From the NCBI GenBank assembly GCA_944392225.1, contig CALXWB010000002.1, positions 10,110 to 74,109 of the forward strand: 64,000 bases of DNA, in the 5' to 3' direction. Below, in pieces: positions 44,747 to 54,644 of this stretch. The stretch's first letter is position 1. Each line of letters starts with the position of its first letter. The position numbers were made by a program, and so were the translations under genes. Source of the stretch: an uncultured Alphaproteobacteria bacterium (GTDB taxonomy: Bacteria > Pseudomonadota > Alphaproteobacteria > RF32 > CAG-239). The notes under the pieces are model-generated. The model did no database searches. It had not been told where the DNA came from and was given only the letters and a program-made list of their open reading frames with translations.

Positions 44747-46081
44747 ATGAAAAATTTTGTTAAAATAAGTCTTCTTGTGCTTTTTTTGCTTTGCTTTAGC
44801 CCTGATATGGCTAAAGCAAAACTTTTTGGTGCACAAAATTTTCATCTATCCAATGGTTTGGAAGTTGTGGTGATAGAAAATCACAAAGCGCCGATTATCA
44901 AATGCATGCTGTGGTATAAGGCCGGAGCCGTGGATGAGGCGGAAGGCAAGGGCGGTTCGGCTCATTTGTTGGAACATTTAATGTTTCGCGGCACCAAGAA
45001 AGTGAGCGGAGAAGAGTTTGACCGCCTGTTAAAGCAAAACGGTGTGGAGAGCAACGCTTTCACCTCACTTGACTTTACGGCATATCATCACAATGCAGAC
45101 ATCTCCAAATTAGAGCTGGTTCTGGCTCTTGAAGCCGACCGTATGGAAAATCTGCAAATTTCGGATAAAAATTTTGCTCTAGAGCGCGATATTGTTTATC
45201 AAGAAAGAAAACAAATGGTAGACAACAATCCCTCGGCAACTTTTTTTGAAGCCTATCGCAACTTGTTGTGGCAGGAACACCCCTATCATCGGCCGGTGAG
45301 CGGCACTTCGGCTGAAATCAAAGCCCTCACCAAATCAGATATTGAAAATTTTTATCACAAATATTATCAGCCCAATAATGCCGTTTTGGTTTTGTCGGGA
45401 GATATAGACCTGCAAACGGCCAAACTTTTGGCAGAAAAATATTTTGGCAAAATAGAAAACAAAACAAAAGTTGCAAAAACATCTTTTCCAAGCTTGGCAA
45501 ACAACCGGCAAGCAGAGCTCAAAATGAGTTTGCCGCAAATCACAAGTGAAAGATTGGTCAAAACATATGTGGCACCGTCATATAATACGGAAAAAACAGC
45601 CATATATGCTTTAAGCATTTTTTCCAAATATTTAGGTGACGGAGAAACCTCAGAATTATATAAAGATTTGGTTTTAGATAAAAAACTGGCTTTGAGCGTT
45701 AGTTCCGCTTATGATTATACGGCGCGGAGCTATGGTTTGTTTCAAATCTCGGCATTGCCGGCAGAAGGGGTTTCTGCCCAAGAATTGAGCCAAGCGGTGG
45801 ATGAGGCCGTGTCAAAAGCGGTGCAAAATATGAGCTTGGATAAAATCAACAACACCAAAGACAAAATGCTCTCCGGTTTGGTTTATCTACTGGACAACCC
45901 ATTTGATGCGGCGGAAACGGTTGGTGCCATGACAGCTGCCGGCATGAGCATAAAAGATATTGAAAATTTGGCTCAAAACATCAAATCTGTCACTTATCAA
46001 GAAGTCAAAACCGCGGCGCAAAATCTGTTCTCTCAGTCAGGAGAAGTCAAAGGTATATTAAGCCCGCAAGGAGCAAACTAA
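44747..46081 (+). CDS. M16-family zinc peptidase (active subunit)
   Basis: It has a signal peptide and the inverted zinc motif HLLEHLMFRGT. Confidence 0.88.
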   Translation: MKNFVKISLLVLFLLCFSPDMAKAKLFGAQNFHLSNGLEVVVIENHKAPIIKCMLWYKAGAVDEAEGKGGSAHLLEHLMFRGTKKVSGEEFDRLLKQNGVESNAFTSLDFTAYHHNADISKLELVLALEADRMENLQISDKNFALERDIVYQERKQMVDNNPSATFFEAYRNLLWQEHPYHRPVSGTSAEIKALTKSDIENFYHKYYQPNNAVLVLSGDIDLQTAKLLAEKYFGKIENKTKVAKTSFPSLANNRQAELKMSLPQITSERLVKTYVAPSYNTEKTAIYALSIFSKYLGDGETSELYKDLVLDKKLALSVSSAYDYTARSYGLFQISALPAEGVSAQELSQAVDEAVSKAVQNMSLDKINNTKDKMLSGLVYLLDNPFDAAETVGAMTAAGMSIKDIENLAQNIKSVTYQEVKTAAQNLFSQSGEVKGILSPQGAN

Positions 46082-47503
46082 ATGTCATATCGTCGTCGCA
46101 CAAAATCTTCCGGCTGGTTTTTGAAGCTTATTCTTTGTGTTGCCATAGGCTATGGCCTATATGCCGGCGGTCGTTTTTTGTGGCAAAGAAAAACCATTTT
46201 TAATGCAGAAGAGATTCTTTCGCAATCTGTTTTGCAAGAAAAAAACTTTGCACATCGGCCGATAGAGGTTGTTTCTCCAAAATACAAAATCAAGGCCTAT
46301 CTGTTGGAAGAAAAAAGCAACCCGATAATCAGTTTGAGCTTTATGTTCAAAGGTTCGGGCTATGCCGCGGATGATGAAAACAAACAAGGAATTTCAAACG
46401 TGGTTGCCGCCGTGCTTACGGAAGGCACGGCAAATTTGGACAGTCAAGCTTTCAAAGAACTTTTGGAAAACAAAGCCATTGGCATTTCTTTTTCAGCTTC
46501 TGTGGATGATTTTTCAGGAGCCTTAGTCACCACCTCAAAAAACAAACAAGAAGCTTTCAAACTTTTGCAGGATATTTTTGTTCAACCGCGCTTTGCCGCA
46601 GAAGATTTAAGCCGCATAAAGAACCAAATGCAAAAGGCCCTGTTGTTGCAAAAAGAGCACCCGCAAAGTAAATTGCGTTTGGCAACTTTGCAATATGTAT
46701 ACGGACCGCATGCCTATGGACGCAACCCTTTGGGGCGGGCAGAAGACATTGCCGCATTGAGCCGAAAAGATTTGCAACAATATATGCAAACCCACATGGC
46801 ACAAAATAACCTGTTGGTCGGCGCCGCGGGAGATATCACGCCCGAAGAGCTGGAAACCGTGTTAGATGAGGTTTTTGGAGTTTTGCCCAAAACATCGGCC
46901 CTCAATTTTGTCAGAAAAGCCAAGCCAGATTTTGATAGGGGAGAAAAAAATATAGACTATCCGGCAGCAGGTCAAAACATATCTGCTTTTGCGGCACAAG
47001 GCGTGGCACGCACGGCAGCAGATTTTTATCCGCTCTATATTGCCAACCACATTTTTGGCGGTTCGGGCTTGAGTTCGCGCTTGTCCAAAGCGGCAAGGGA
47101 AGAAAAGGGCTTAACTTACAGCATATATTCATATCTGTCTTTGGCAGACAATTCTCCGCTGATTCAAGGGGGATTTTCCTCCACGCCGGATAAGTTTGCC
47201 GAAGTTAAAAACATTTTTGCACAAGAATGGAACAAGTTTGGCAAATATGGTGCCAGTAAAGAAGAGATAGCCGAAGCCAAAAATTATCTCATTTCATCAT
47301 ATAATTTGCGCTTTTCCTCCATTTCAAATTTGTCGGACATACTTTTATATATGCAAAAAGACAATTTAGGATTAGATTTTTTACAAGAAAGAAATAATAA
47401 TATAAAAAAGGTTAGTGATAAAGAAATCAATGACGTTGCCGCAAAATATTACCAAGCGGATAAATACATCTTGGTCAATATCGGCAACTTTGCACAAAAC
47501 TAA
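46082..47503 (+). CDS. M16-family peptidase-like protein (no HxxEH motif, probably non-catalytic partner)
   Basis: It has an N-terminal anchor and an M16 fold (GLTYSIYSY, GGSGLSSRL). The start abuts the upstream stop. Confidence 0.85.
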   Translation: MSYRRRTKSSGWFLKLILCVAIGYGLYAGGRFLWQRKTIFNAEEILSQSVLQEKNFAHRPIEVVSPKYKIKAYLLEEKSNPIISLSFMFKGSGYAADDENKQGISNVVAAVLTEGTANLDSQAFKELLENKAIGISFSASVDDFSGALVTTSKNKQEAFKLLQDIFVQPRFAAEDLSRIKNQMQKALLLQKEHPQSKLRLATLQYVYGPHAYGRNPLGRAEDIAALSRKDLQQYMQTHMAQNNLLVGAAGDITPEELETVLDEVFGVLPKTSALNFVRKAKPDFDRGEKNIDYPAAGQNISAFAAQGVARTAADFYPLYIANHIFGGSGLSSRLSKAAREEKGLTYSIYSYLSLADNSPLIQGGFSSTPDKFAEVKNIFAQEWNKFGKYGASKEEIAEAKNYLISSYNLRFSSISNLSDILLYMQKDNLGLDFLQERNNNIKKVSDKEINDVAAKYYQADKYILVNIGNFAQN

Positions 47504-47517
47504 GGAGAAATAAAAAA

Positions 47518-49161
47518 ATGACAAGTGCGGTAAACAAGCTGAGAGCATGGAAAAGATTGGAACGCCATGCCAAGAAAATAAAAAAAATTGAGATGCGCGA
47601 TTTGTTTGAAGAAGACAACAAGCGCGCCTCCAAGTTCAGCTTGCAATTAGAATCAATGCTTTTTGACTATTCCAAAAACAGAATAACGGAAAAAACAATA
47701 GCCTATTTGTTAAAATTAGCTCAAGTTCGCGGTGTGGAAGAAAAAATCAAACAAATGTTTGAAGGCGATAAAATCAACTTCACCGAGCACCGTGCCGTTT
47801 TGCATACGGCTTTGCGCAACAGAGAAAATACGCCGGTTTTTGTTGATGGTAAAAATGTCATGCCGCAGATTAACGAGGTTTTGGCCAAAATGCGCAAGTT
47901 TTCCGAGGCGGTTCGTCTGGGCAAATTTGTCGGCCAAACCGGCAAAAGACTGACCGATATCGTCAACATCGGCATTGGCGGGTCGGACCTGGGGCCTGTT
48001 ATGGTCAACGAGGCTTTAAAGAGATATAAAGCAAAAGATATCAACACTTATTTCATCTCCAACATTGACGGCACGGCCTGTGCTGAGGTTTTGAACAAAC
48101 TCAACCCTGAAACCACGTTGTTTATTGTGGCTTCCAAAACCTTTACCACCATTGAAACTTTGACCAATGCCAAAACCTGCCGCAAATGGCTGGTTGATGC
48201 TTTGGGTGAGCATGCCGTAGCCAAACACTTTGTGGCTTTGTCCACCAATACTCAAAAGGTTAAAGAGTTTGGTATTGATACCGAAAATATGTTTGAGTTT
48301 TGGGACTTTGTCGGCGGCAGATATTCCGTTTGGTCGGCCATCGGCTTGTCCATTGCCATTGCCATCGGCATGGATAATTTTGAAAAATTTTTGGAAGGGG
48401 CCCACACCATGGATGTGCACTTCCGCCATACCGATTTAGCGCATAATATCCCGGTGATGTTGGCTCTGGTCGGCATTTGGAATAACAACTTTTTGGGCCT
48501 GCGCAGCCAAGCCATTGTGCCCTATGACCAATATTTACGCTTGCTTCCGGCATATCTGCAACAGCTGGAAATGGAAAGCAACGGCAAGTTTGTCAGTGCC
48601 GAGAATGAGTTTGTCAAATATAACACCGGGGCTGTGATTTTCGGTGGCGCCGGAACAGATGTTCAACACTCATTCTTCCAAATGTTGCACCAAGGCACCA
48701 CCCCGATTCCGGTTGACTTCATCATTCCGGCCATTTCACATAATGAGATCGGCGCTCATCACGAGATTTTGATTGCCAATGTTTTGGCTCAGGCCGAGGC
48801 TTTGATGAAAGGCAAAACCGTGAAAGAAGCTGCCGAAGAAATGGCCAAAGCCGGCAAAGATAAAGATGAAATCAACTTCATGAAAAAATATAAGAGCTTT
48901 CCCGGCAACAACCCGAGCAACACCATCATCTGCAAAAAGATTGACCCATATACTTTGGGTATGTTGGTGGCCATGTATGAGCACAAAGTTTTTGTTCAAG
49001 GTGTGATATGGGATATCAACTCGTTTGACCAGTTTGGAGTGGAGTTGGGCAAAAAAATGGCTTTGGACATTTTGCCCGAGCTGCAGGACAATGCCTCATC
49101 AATTGGTCATGACAGTTCAACCGCAGCCTTAATCAGATACATCAAAAACTTAAGAAAGTAA
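47518..49161 (+). CDS. pgi: Glucose-6-phosphate isomerase
   Basis: Motifs are IGIGGSDLGP, VASKTFTT, GGRYSVWSAIG and LEMESNGK. Confidence 0.97.
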   Translation: MTSAVNKLRAWKRLERHAKKIKKIEMRDLFEEDNKRASKFSLQLESMLFDYSKNRITEKTIAYLLKLAQVRGVEEKIKQMFEGDKINFTEHRAVLHTALRNRENTPVFVDGKNVMPQINEVLAKMRKFSEAVRLGKFVGQTGKRLTDIVNIGIGGSDLGPVMVNEALKRYKAKDINTYFISNIDGTACAEVLNKLNPETTLFIVASKTFTTIETLTNAKTCRKWLVDALGEHAVAKHFVALSTNTQKVKEFGIDTENMFEFWDFVGGRYSVWSAIGLSIAIAIGMDNFEKFLEGAHTMDVHFRHTDLAHNIPVMLALVGIWNNNFLGLRSQAIVPYDQYLRLLPAYLQQLEMESNGKFVSAENEFVKYNTGAVIFGGAGTDVQHSFFQMLHQGTTPIPVDFIIPAISHNEIGAHHEILIANVLAQAEALMKGKTVKEAAEEMAKAGKDKDEINFMKKYKSFPGNNPSNTIICKKIDPYTLGMLVAMYEHKVFVQGVIWDINSFDQFGVELGKKMALDILPELQDNASSIGHDSSTAALIRYIKNLRK

Positions 49162-49165
49162 AAAT

Positions 49166-51031
49166 ATGGACATCAGAATCTTACCGTCAAACCTCGTCAA
49201 TCAAATCGCCGCCGGCGAAGTGATTGAACGTCCGGCCTCGGTCATCAAAGAGTTGGTAGAAAACTCAATCGATGCCGGCGCCACGTCAATTGAGGTGACC
49301 TTGGTTGATGGCGGTAAGAGTCTGATGATTGTCTCCGACAACGGCATGGGTATGTCGCCCGATGAGCTGGAGCTGGCGGTGGAAAGACACGCCACTTCCA
49401 AACTGCCGGATGACAATCTGTTCAACATCAACTTCTTGGGCTTCCGCGGCGAGGCTTTGCCTTCCATTGCTTCCGTGTCGAGGTTGAGTATCACCTCACG
49501 CCCGCAAGGTGCCGACAGCGCTTGGAAAATAGAGGTCAACGGCGGGGTTAAGAACAAACCCGTTCCGGCTTCTCATCCTTTTGGTACCCGCATTGAGGTG
49601 AGGGATTTGTTTTATGCCACTCCGGCCAGATTAAAGTTTTTGAAAGCCGCCGTTTCGGAAACAAACGCCTGCGTGGATATTTTAACCCGCATTGCCATGG
49701 CCAACCCGCATATTTCTTTTTATCTGAAAGACGGTGAGAAAAAGAAGTTGAGCCTGAATGCCGAGCAGGGCGAGCTTTTTGACGCAAGGTTAAAGCGCTT
49801 GTCAGAGGTTATGGGCAAAGATTTTGCCGAAAACTCGGTCTTGATAGATGCCAAAAGAGATAATTTGCACATCTCGGGTTATGTCAGCCTGCCGACCTTG
49901 AACAAGGCCAATTCGCTGTCGCAATATCTGTTTGTCAACAATCGCCCGGTGCGAGATAAGTTGCTGTTAGGGGCAATTAAGGGCGCATATATGGACGTTT
50001 TGGCAAGTAACCGCTATCCGCTGTGTGCTTTGTTTTTTGATATTGATCCGGCTTATGTTGATGTTAACGTGCATCCGGCCAAGGCCGAAGTGCGCTTTTA
50101 TGACAATGCCTTGGTCAGAGGACTGCTGGTCAGTGCTATCCGTAATGCTTTGACCACCGCCAGCCGCCGTTCTTCCAACACGTTGGATATTAATGAATTT
50201 GTCCATGACACCATTCCCGATTTCGGCGTGCCGCAACAAGAGGAAAATCAGCAAAAAATTGCGGTTGAAGCTTTTGATTTAAAAGAGCACAATCCGCAAA
50301 GCGCGTTGCGTCCGCTCGGGTTTAATTTTCAATCGGCCGTCATCAGACCGCAGCCGCACCGTCAGGCCGATTTACCCGATTTGGAAAGAAAATTTTCGGT
50401 TAAAGTCGAGGCGCCCGAAACTTATGAGAATCTACCGGTAGCCGAAAGCGGCCCTTTGGGGATTCCCAAAGCCCAGTTTCATAATACTTATATCATCTCG
50501 CAAACCGAAGACAGCATTGTCATCATTGACCAACACGCTTCGCATGAGCGCATTGTCATGGAGCGTATGAAAGCCAATTTGCAAAAAAACGGGCGTTTGG
50601 CATCACAAATGTTGTTGATTCCTGAGGTTGTCGACTTGGACGGCTCAGCCAAAGAGCGCATTTTGAGCTTGACCGCAGAGCTCAACCAGCTCGGCTTGGT
50701 GCTGGAAGAGTTCGGCACCACGGCAGTGATTGTGCGTGAAGTTCCGGCCTTGATAAAAGATTGCAATGTCAAACAGCTGATAACCGATTTGGCGGATGAA
50801 GCTGCCGAATGGGGCGGCGAATATGCCTTGAGTGACAAATTGCACCATATCTGCGCCACATTTGCCTGCCATGGTTCGGTCAGGGCAGGGCGCGCCTTGA
50901 ATTTTGATGAGATGAACCGCCTTCTGCGTGATATGGAAAAAACCGACCATTCCGGCCAATGCAACCACGGCCGCCCAACCTATATCGAGCTCAAACTCAA
51001 AGATATTGAAAAACTTTTTAACCGTCGCTAG
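49166..51031 (+). CDS. mutL: DNA mismatch repair protein MutL
   Basis: Motifs are IRILPSNLVNQIAAGEVIERPASVIKELVENSIDAG and GFRGEAL, with a C-terminal dimerisation/endonuclease region (DQHASHER, ACHGSVRAG). Confidence 0.95.
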   Translation: MDIRILPSNLVNQIAAGEVIERPASVIKELVENSIDAGATSIEVTLVDGGKSLMIVSDNGMGMSPDELELAVERHATSKLPDDNLFNINFLGFRGEALPSIASVSRLSITSRPQGADSAWKIEVNGGVKNKPVPASHPFGTRIEVRDLFYATPARLKFLKAAVSETNACVDILTRIAMANPHISFYLKDGEKKKLSLNAEQGELFDARLKRLSEVMGKDFAENSVLIDAKRDNLHISGYVSLPTLNKANSLSQYLFVNNRPVRDKLLLGAIKGAYMDVLASNRYPLCALFFDIDPAYVDVNVHPAKAEVRFYDNALVRGLLVSAIRNALTTASRRSSNTLDINEFVHDTIPDFGVPQQEENQQKIAVEAFDLKEHNPQSALRPLGFNFQSAVIRPQPHRQADLPDLERKFSVKVEAPETYENLPVAESGPLGIPKAQFHNTYIISQTEDSIVIIDQHASHERIVMERMKANLQKNGRLASQMLLIPEVVDLDGSAKERILSLTAELNQLGLVLEEFGTTAVIVREVPALIKDCNVKQLITDLADEAAEWGGEYALSDKLHHICATFACHGSVRAGRALNFDEMNRLLRDMEKTDHSGQCNHGRPTYIELKLKDIEKLFNRR

Positions 51032-51034
51032 AAC

Positions 51035-52003
51035 TTAGAGGTTTTTATACATATTCCAAGTGGAAGAGATGATGTTTTCCAGGCTGGAATGTGTGGCCTC
51101 CCAGCCCAAAACTTCTTTGGCTTTGTCGGCTTTGGCCGTCAATTCGGCCGGATCACCGGGGCGACGCGGCGCAAATTCATAAGCAATTTTTTTGCCGATA
51201 ACCTCTTGTGTTTTGTTCACCATCTCCAAAACCGAGCTGCCGACCGAGGTGCCCAAGTTTAAGATTTGGCTTTCGCCGCCTTTGTCCAAATATTCCAGAG
51301 CCAAGGCGTGCGCCGAACCCAAATCTGTCACATGAATATAGTCACGAATGCAGGTGCCGTCGCGGGTGGGGTAGTCATTGCCGAAAATTTTGAGCTTATC
51401 TCTTTTGCCGATGGCGGCTTCCATCACAATCGGCAACAGGTTTTGCGGGTTTTCTTCCAAACCTTTAACATCGCCTTCTTCATCATAGCCCACGGCGTTG
51501 AAATAGCGCAAAGAAACAAATTTGATGCCTTTGAGCTGGTCATACCATTTCAAAAAACGCTCGGTTTCCAGCTTGGTGAAACCGTAAAAATTAATGGGGT
51601 TAACAGGGTGATTCTCATCCAGCGGCAAATATTGCGGCATGCCGTAAACCGCGGCGGAAGAAGAAAAAATCGCCTTGTTCACGTTGGCTTCCACCATGGC
51701 ATTCAAGACATTAATCACGCCGTTGATGTTGTTGAAAGCATATTTCATCGGGTTGAGCATAGATTCGCCCACGGCTTTTTTGCCGGCGAGCAGCACGATT
51801 CCGTCCACATTTTGCTTGAGTGCGGCCAGAATCTGCTCATAGTTCAAAATATCTCCTTCAATAAATTTGGCTTGAGGAAACAAATTGAGCTTTGTGCCGG
51901 TGGAAAGGTTGTCAAATACGGTCACTTTCATATTGCGTTTGAGCAAAGCTTTCACCACATGAGAACCAATATATCCGGCACCGCCGATAACCAAAATATG
52001 CAT
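51035..52003 (-). CDS. galE: UDP-glucose 4-epimerase
   Basis: Motifs are MHILVIGGAGYIGSH, SSSAAVYG and YGFTK (YxxxK). Confidence 0.93.
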   Translation of the reverse strand: MHILVIGGAGYIGSHVVKALLKRNMKVTVFDNLSTGTKLNLFPQAKFIEGDILNYEQILAALKQNVDGIVLLAGKKAVGESMLNPMKYAFNNINGVINVLNAMVEANVNKAIFSSSAAVYGMPQYLPLDENHPVNPINFYGFTKLETERFLKWYDQLKGIKFVSLRYFNAVGYDEEGDVKGLEENPQNLLPIVMEAAIGKRDKLKIFGNDYPTRDGTCIRDYIHVTDLGSAHALALEYLDKGGESQILNLGTSVGSSVLEMVNKTQEVIGKKIAYEFAPRRPGDPAELTAKADKAKEVLGWEATHSSLENIISSTWNMYKNL

Positions 52004-52065
52004 CTTTTTTCTCCTTATTAAAATTTATGGAAATAATAAATCCCAAAAAGTAAAAATTATCTTTA

Positions 52066-52094
52066 TTGACAACAAAAAAGAGCAATGATAAAAG
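52066..52094 (+). promoter_or_regulatory. Putative sigma70-type promoter of the Hsp70-like gene
   Basis: TTGACA (52066-52071), 17-nt spacer, TAAAAG (52089-52094). Confidence 0.35.
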
Positions 52095-52129
52095 CGCTCC
52101 TGCAACGATAAACAACAAGGAAAACTTTC

Positions 52130-53389
52130 ATGACGCAGAACATTTTTTGCGGCATAGATTTTGGCACGTCCAACTCATCTATTGCCGTGGCAAGCCGCAC
52201 GCAAAAGCCGCAGCTGATTGCCGTTGAAGGTGAACATATCACCATTCCTTCCGCCATATTTTATCAGAAAAACAGCTCAGAACCAAGTTTTGGGCGTCTG
52301 GCCATGCAAAAATATATGGACGGTGAAGAGGGGCGCCTGATGCGTTCCTTAAAACGCGTTTTGGGCACGGATTTAATGGAAACCGGCACGATTTTAAATG
52401 GAAAGTCGGTCAAATTTGAAAATATATTGGCCCAATTTATCAACTATCTGAAAAACAAAGCAGAAAAACAAATCGGAGCAGAAATAAAAAAAGTGGTGAT
52501 GGGGCGCCCGGTCCATTTTCGCGATAACGATTCCAAAGGTGATGCCAAAGCGCAAAATCAGCTGCAAGAAGTGGCTCAAAAAGCCGGATTTGAAGAAATA
52601 TCATTTCAATTTGAGCCGATAGCCGCAGCTTATGCACATGAAGAGCATATTGAGGGCGAAAAACTTGCCTGTGTGATAGATATCGGCGGCGGCACGTCAG
52701 ATTTCAGCATCATTCGCTTAGGCGAAAAGGTGAAAAACAAAACCAACCGCCAAGAAGATATTTTGGCCAACACCGGCGTCAGAATAGGTGGCAATGACTT
52801 TGATAAAGACTTGTCCATGCAGACATTTATGCCAAAATTAGGCTATAAAACAACCTATGGCACCAAGAACTTGTTTGTGCCGAGCTCGCAATATTTTGAT
52901 ATGGCCGAGTGGAGCAAAATCAATTTTGCCTATAATTATCAAAACTTAAAAATCATCAAAAATACGTTGGTCGAGGCGCATGAGCCCCAAAAATACGCGC
53001 GCTTGCTAGAGGTTTATGAAAATAAACTCGGGCATCGTCTTCTGGCGGAAGCTGAAAATAGCAAAATCAATTTAACCAAGCAACAGACAGATGAAAAAGT
53101 CTTGAGCTTTATTTCCGACAAACCGCGCATTATCAGCAGGCAGGAAGATTTTAATCAAGCCATATCTGAAGATTTTGCAAAAATTGAGAAAACGGTTGTA
53201 GATTGTCTCAAACAAGCCAATGTTCAAAAACAAGATATCAATTTACTGATTTTGACCGGCGGTTCAACCGAAATTCCTGTTATCAAAACACAGCTGCGCT
53301 GCCTTTTCCCACAAGCTGAAATCTCGGAAGAAAACAAGCTCGCCTCGGTTGGCTATGGTTTGGCTTGTGATGCTGTCAAAAAATTTTAA
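52130..53389 (+). CDS. Hsp70-family ATPase (YegD-like putative chaperone)
   Basis: Motifs are GIDFGTSNSSIAV, DIGGGTSDFSI and LTGGSTEIP. It is short, with no substrate-binding lid. Confidence 0.85.
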   Translation: MTQNIFCGIDFGTSNSSIAVASRTQKPQLIAVEGEHITIPSAIFYQKNSSEPSFGRLAMQKYMDGEEGRLMRSLKRVLGTDLMETGTILNGKSVKFENILAQFINYLKNKAEKQIGAEIKKVVMGRPVHFRDNDSKGDAKAQNQLQEVAQKAGFEEISFQFEPIAAAYAHEEHIEGEKLACVIDIGGGTSDFSIIRLGEKVKNKTNRQEDILANTGVRIGGNDFDKDLSMQTFMPKLGYKTTYGTKNLFVPSSQYFDMAEWSKINFAYNYQNLKIIKNTLVEAHEPQKYARLLEVYENKLGHRLLAEAENSKINLTKQQTDEKVLSFISDKPRIISRQEDFNQAISEDFAKIEKTVVDCLKQANVQKQDINLLILTGGSTEIPVIKTQLRCLFPQAEISEENKLASVGYGLACDAVKKF

Positions 53390-53498
53390 AATTTTTTTTA
53401 GGCAAGGGGTGTTTTTTTCATTTTAGTGATTATATCACATTCCGTAATGGTTATTTTCATCTGATTTATAAACAACTAACATTAGAAAAAAAGAATTG

Positions 53499-53526
53499 TT
53501 GACAATCTAATTATAGTTGCTAATAT
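53499..53526 (+). promoter_or_regulatory. Putative strong sigma70-type promoter of the OMP gene
   Basis: TTGACA (53499-53504), 16-nt spacer, TAATAT (53521-53526). Confidence 0.45.
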
Positions 53527-53570
53527 TAAATCGTCTCAATTAGAGATAATTGATTACAGGAGTTTTATAA

Positions 53571-54134
53571 ATGAAAAAATATTTATTATTAGCCGGTGTG
53601 GCTTCTATTATGAGTTTTAACGCTAACGCTATGGAAATGAAACCATACGTTGGTTTGGATTATGTTTATTCAATGATGGATACAGATAAGTTGGACGGAG
53701 TAACAGCCGTTGAAGAAGATTTGAATGCATATGCCATCAATGCTGGTGTTAGAATGCACAAAAACTTCGGTGTTGAAGCTTTCTTCCAACAAACAGAAGA
53801 AGGCAAAAAACATCACGGTGATCTGAAAGTCAAAGACAAATATCATGCTTATGGCTTGGATTTGATGGGTTACATGCCTTTGGGTTGTGATGAAAAAGTT
53901 GAGCTTTTGGGTTCTTTGGGTATGGGTTATTATGATACCGAAGTTAAAGCTGAAGGCAAAGGCATAAGAGAAAAAGCAACTGACGATGGTTGGGGCTGGA
54001 GACTTGGTGCCGGTGCTCAATACAACTTCACCGAAAACATGGCTGCTCGTGTAATGGTTCGCTATGCCGATGTTGATGTCGACGGAATTGACAACATTGT
54101 TGACTTGACAGCAGGTGTTAGATACAGCTTCTAA
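53571..54134 (+). CDS. Small outer-membrane beta-barrel protein (OmpA-like/Omp25-type 8-strand barrel)
   Basis: It has a signal peptide (AGVASIMSFNANA), alternating-hydrophobic strands and a terminal aromatic (VRYSF). Confidence 0.75.
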   Translation: MKKYLLLAGVASIMSFNANAMEMKPYVGLDYVYSMMDTDKLDGVTAVEEDLNAYAINAGVRMHKNFGVEAFFQQTEEGKKHHGDLKVKDKYHAYGLDLMGYMPLGCDEKVELLGSLGMGYYDTEVKAEGKGIREKATDDGWGWRLGAGAQYNFTENMAARVMVRYADVDVDGIDNIVDLTAGVRYSF

Positions 54135-54156
54135 TAATAAATTAAGGCTGAAAAAA

Positions 54157-54184
54157 AGAGGGCAGATAATGCCCTCTTTTTTTT
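54157..54184 (+). terminator. Rho-independent terminator after the OMP gene
   Basis: agagggc (54157-54163) pairs with gccctct (54171-54177), followed by a T-run. Confidence 0.75.
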
Positions 54185-54248
54185 GATGACAAATTGTTTT
54201 TTTATAGTAGAATATAATAGATTTTCAAACAATTAGAGGAGAAAATCT

Positions 54249-54518
54249 ATGGCAGAGCTGATAAAGGCAAGAAAAACGGCTGCAATCAAACTTCCCAAAG
54301 GTGAGTTTAGCCCCAACCAAAAAGAGGCCTTGTATAGTCTGATAGAAAGTATCGGGCAAGATAATTTTGATTCTTCTCATCTGAAAAAAGCCATAGAATA
54401 TCAACATTGGGATAAAGCTTTCAAAAATTGGGATTGGTTATCGGGGAATAGTAAAGATATTTCCGTGATAAAACAAAGGGCTAAGGAAATCAGCTTGTTC
54501 TTTGGTGATTTGAATTAA
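54249..54518 (+). CDS. 89-aa protein resembling only the C-terminal half of a phage-type (GH24) lysozyme; possible remnant
   Basis: SPNQKEALYSLIESIGQDNFDSSHLKKAIEYQHWDKAFKNWDWL...IKQRAKEISLF parallels the lysozyme pattern t.nQfdAL.Sf.fN.G..nF.sStLlkkln.gd...a..ef..W......RR..E..LF. The N-terminal catalytic Glu region is absent. GAGGAG RBS is present. Confidence 0.4.
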   Translation: MAELIKARKTAAIKLPKGEFSPNQKEALYSLIESIGQDNFDSSHLKKAIEYQHWDKAFKNWDWLSGNSKDISVIKQRAKEISLFFGDLN

Positions 54519-54610
54519 AAAACTGCAAAATTTTCTTAACGTCGACCTTACTTTTTGGGCAAGCCCATCGGCATACTTACGTCTGCCTAAAAGCTACGGT
54601 TCAAACTCTT

Positions 54611-54640
54611 CCCCCAGAGTTCGAACCTCTGCACGAGGCT
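54611..54640 (+). other. Isolated tRNA 3'-end-like fragment (T-arm plus acceptor strand), not a complete tRNA
   Basis: CAGAG-TTCGAAC-CTCTG (54616-54632) is a canonical T-arm, nearly identical to that of the adjacent tRNA-Ser (CAGAG-TTCGAAT-CTCTG). No complementary 5' acceptor strand (CCTCGTG) lies upstream and there is no CCA. Confidence 0.5.
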
Positions 54641-54644
54641 TTAA

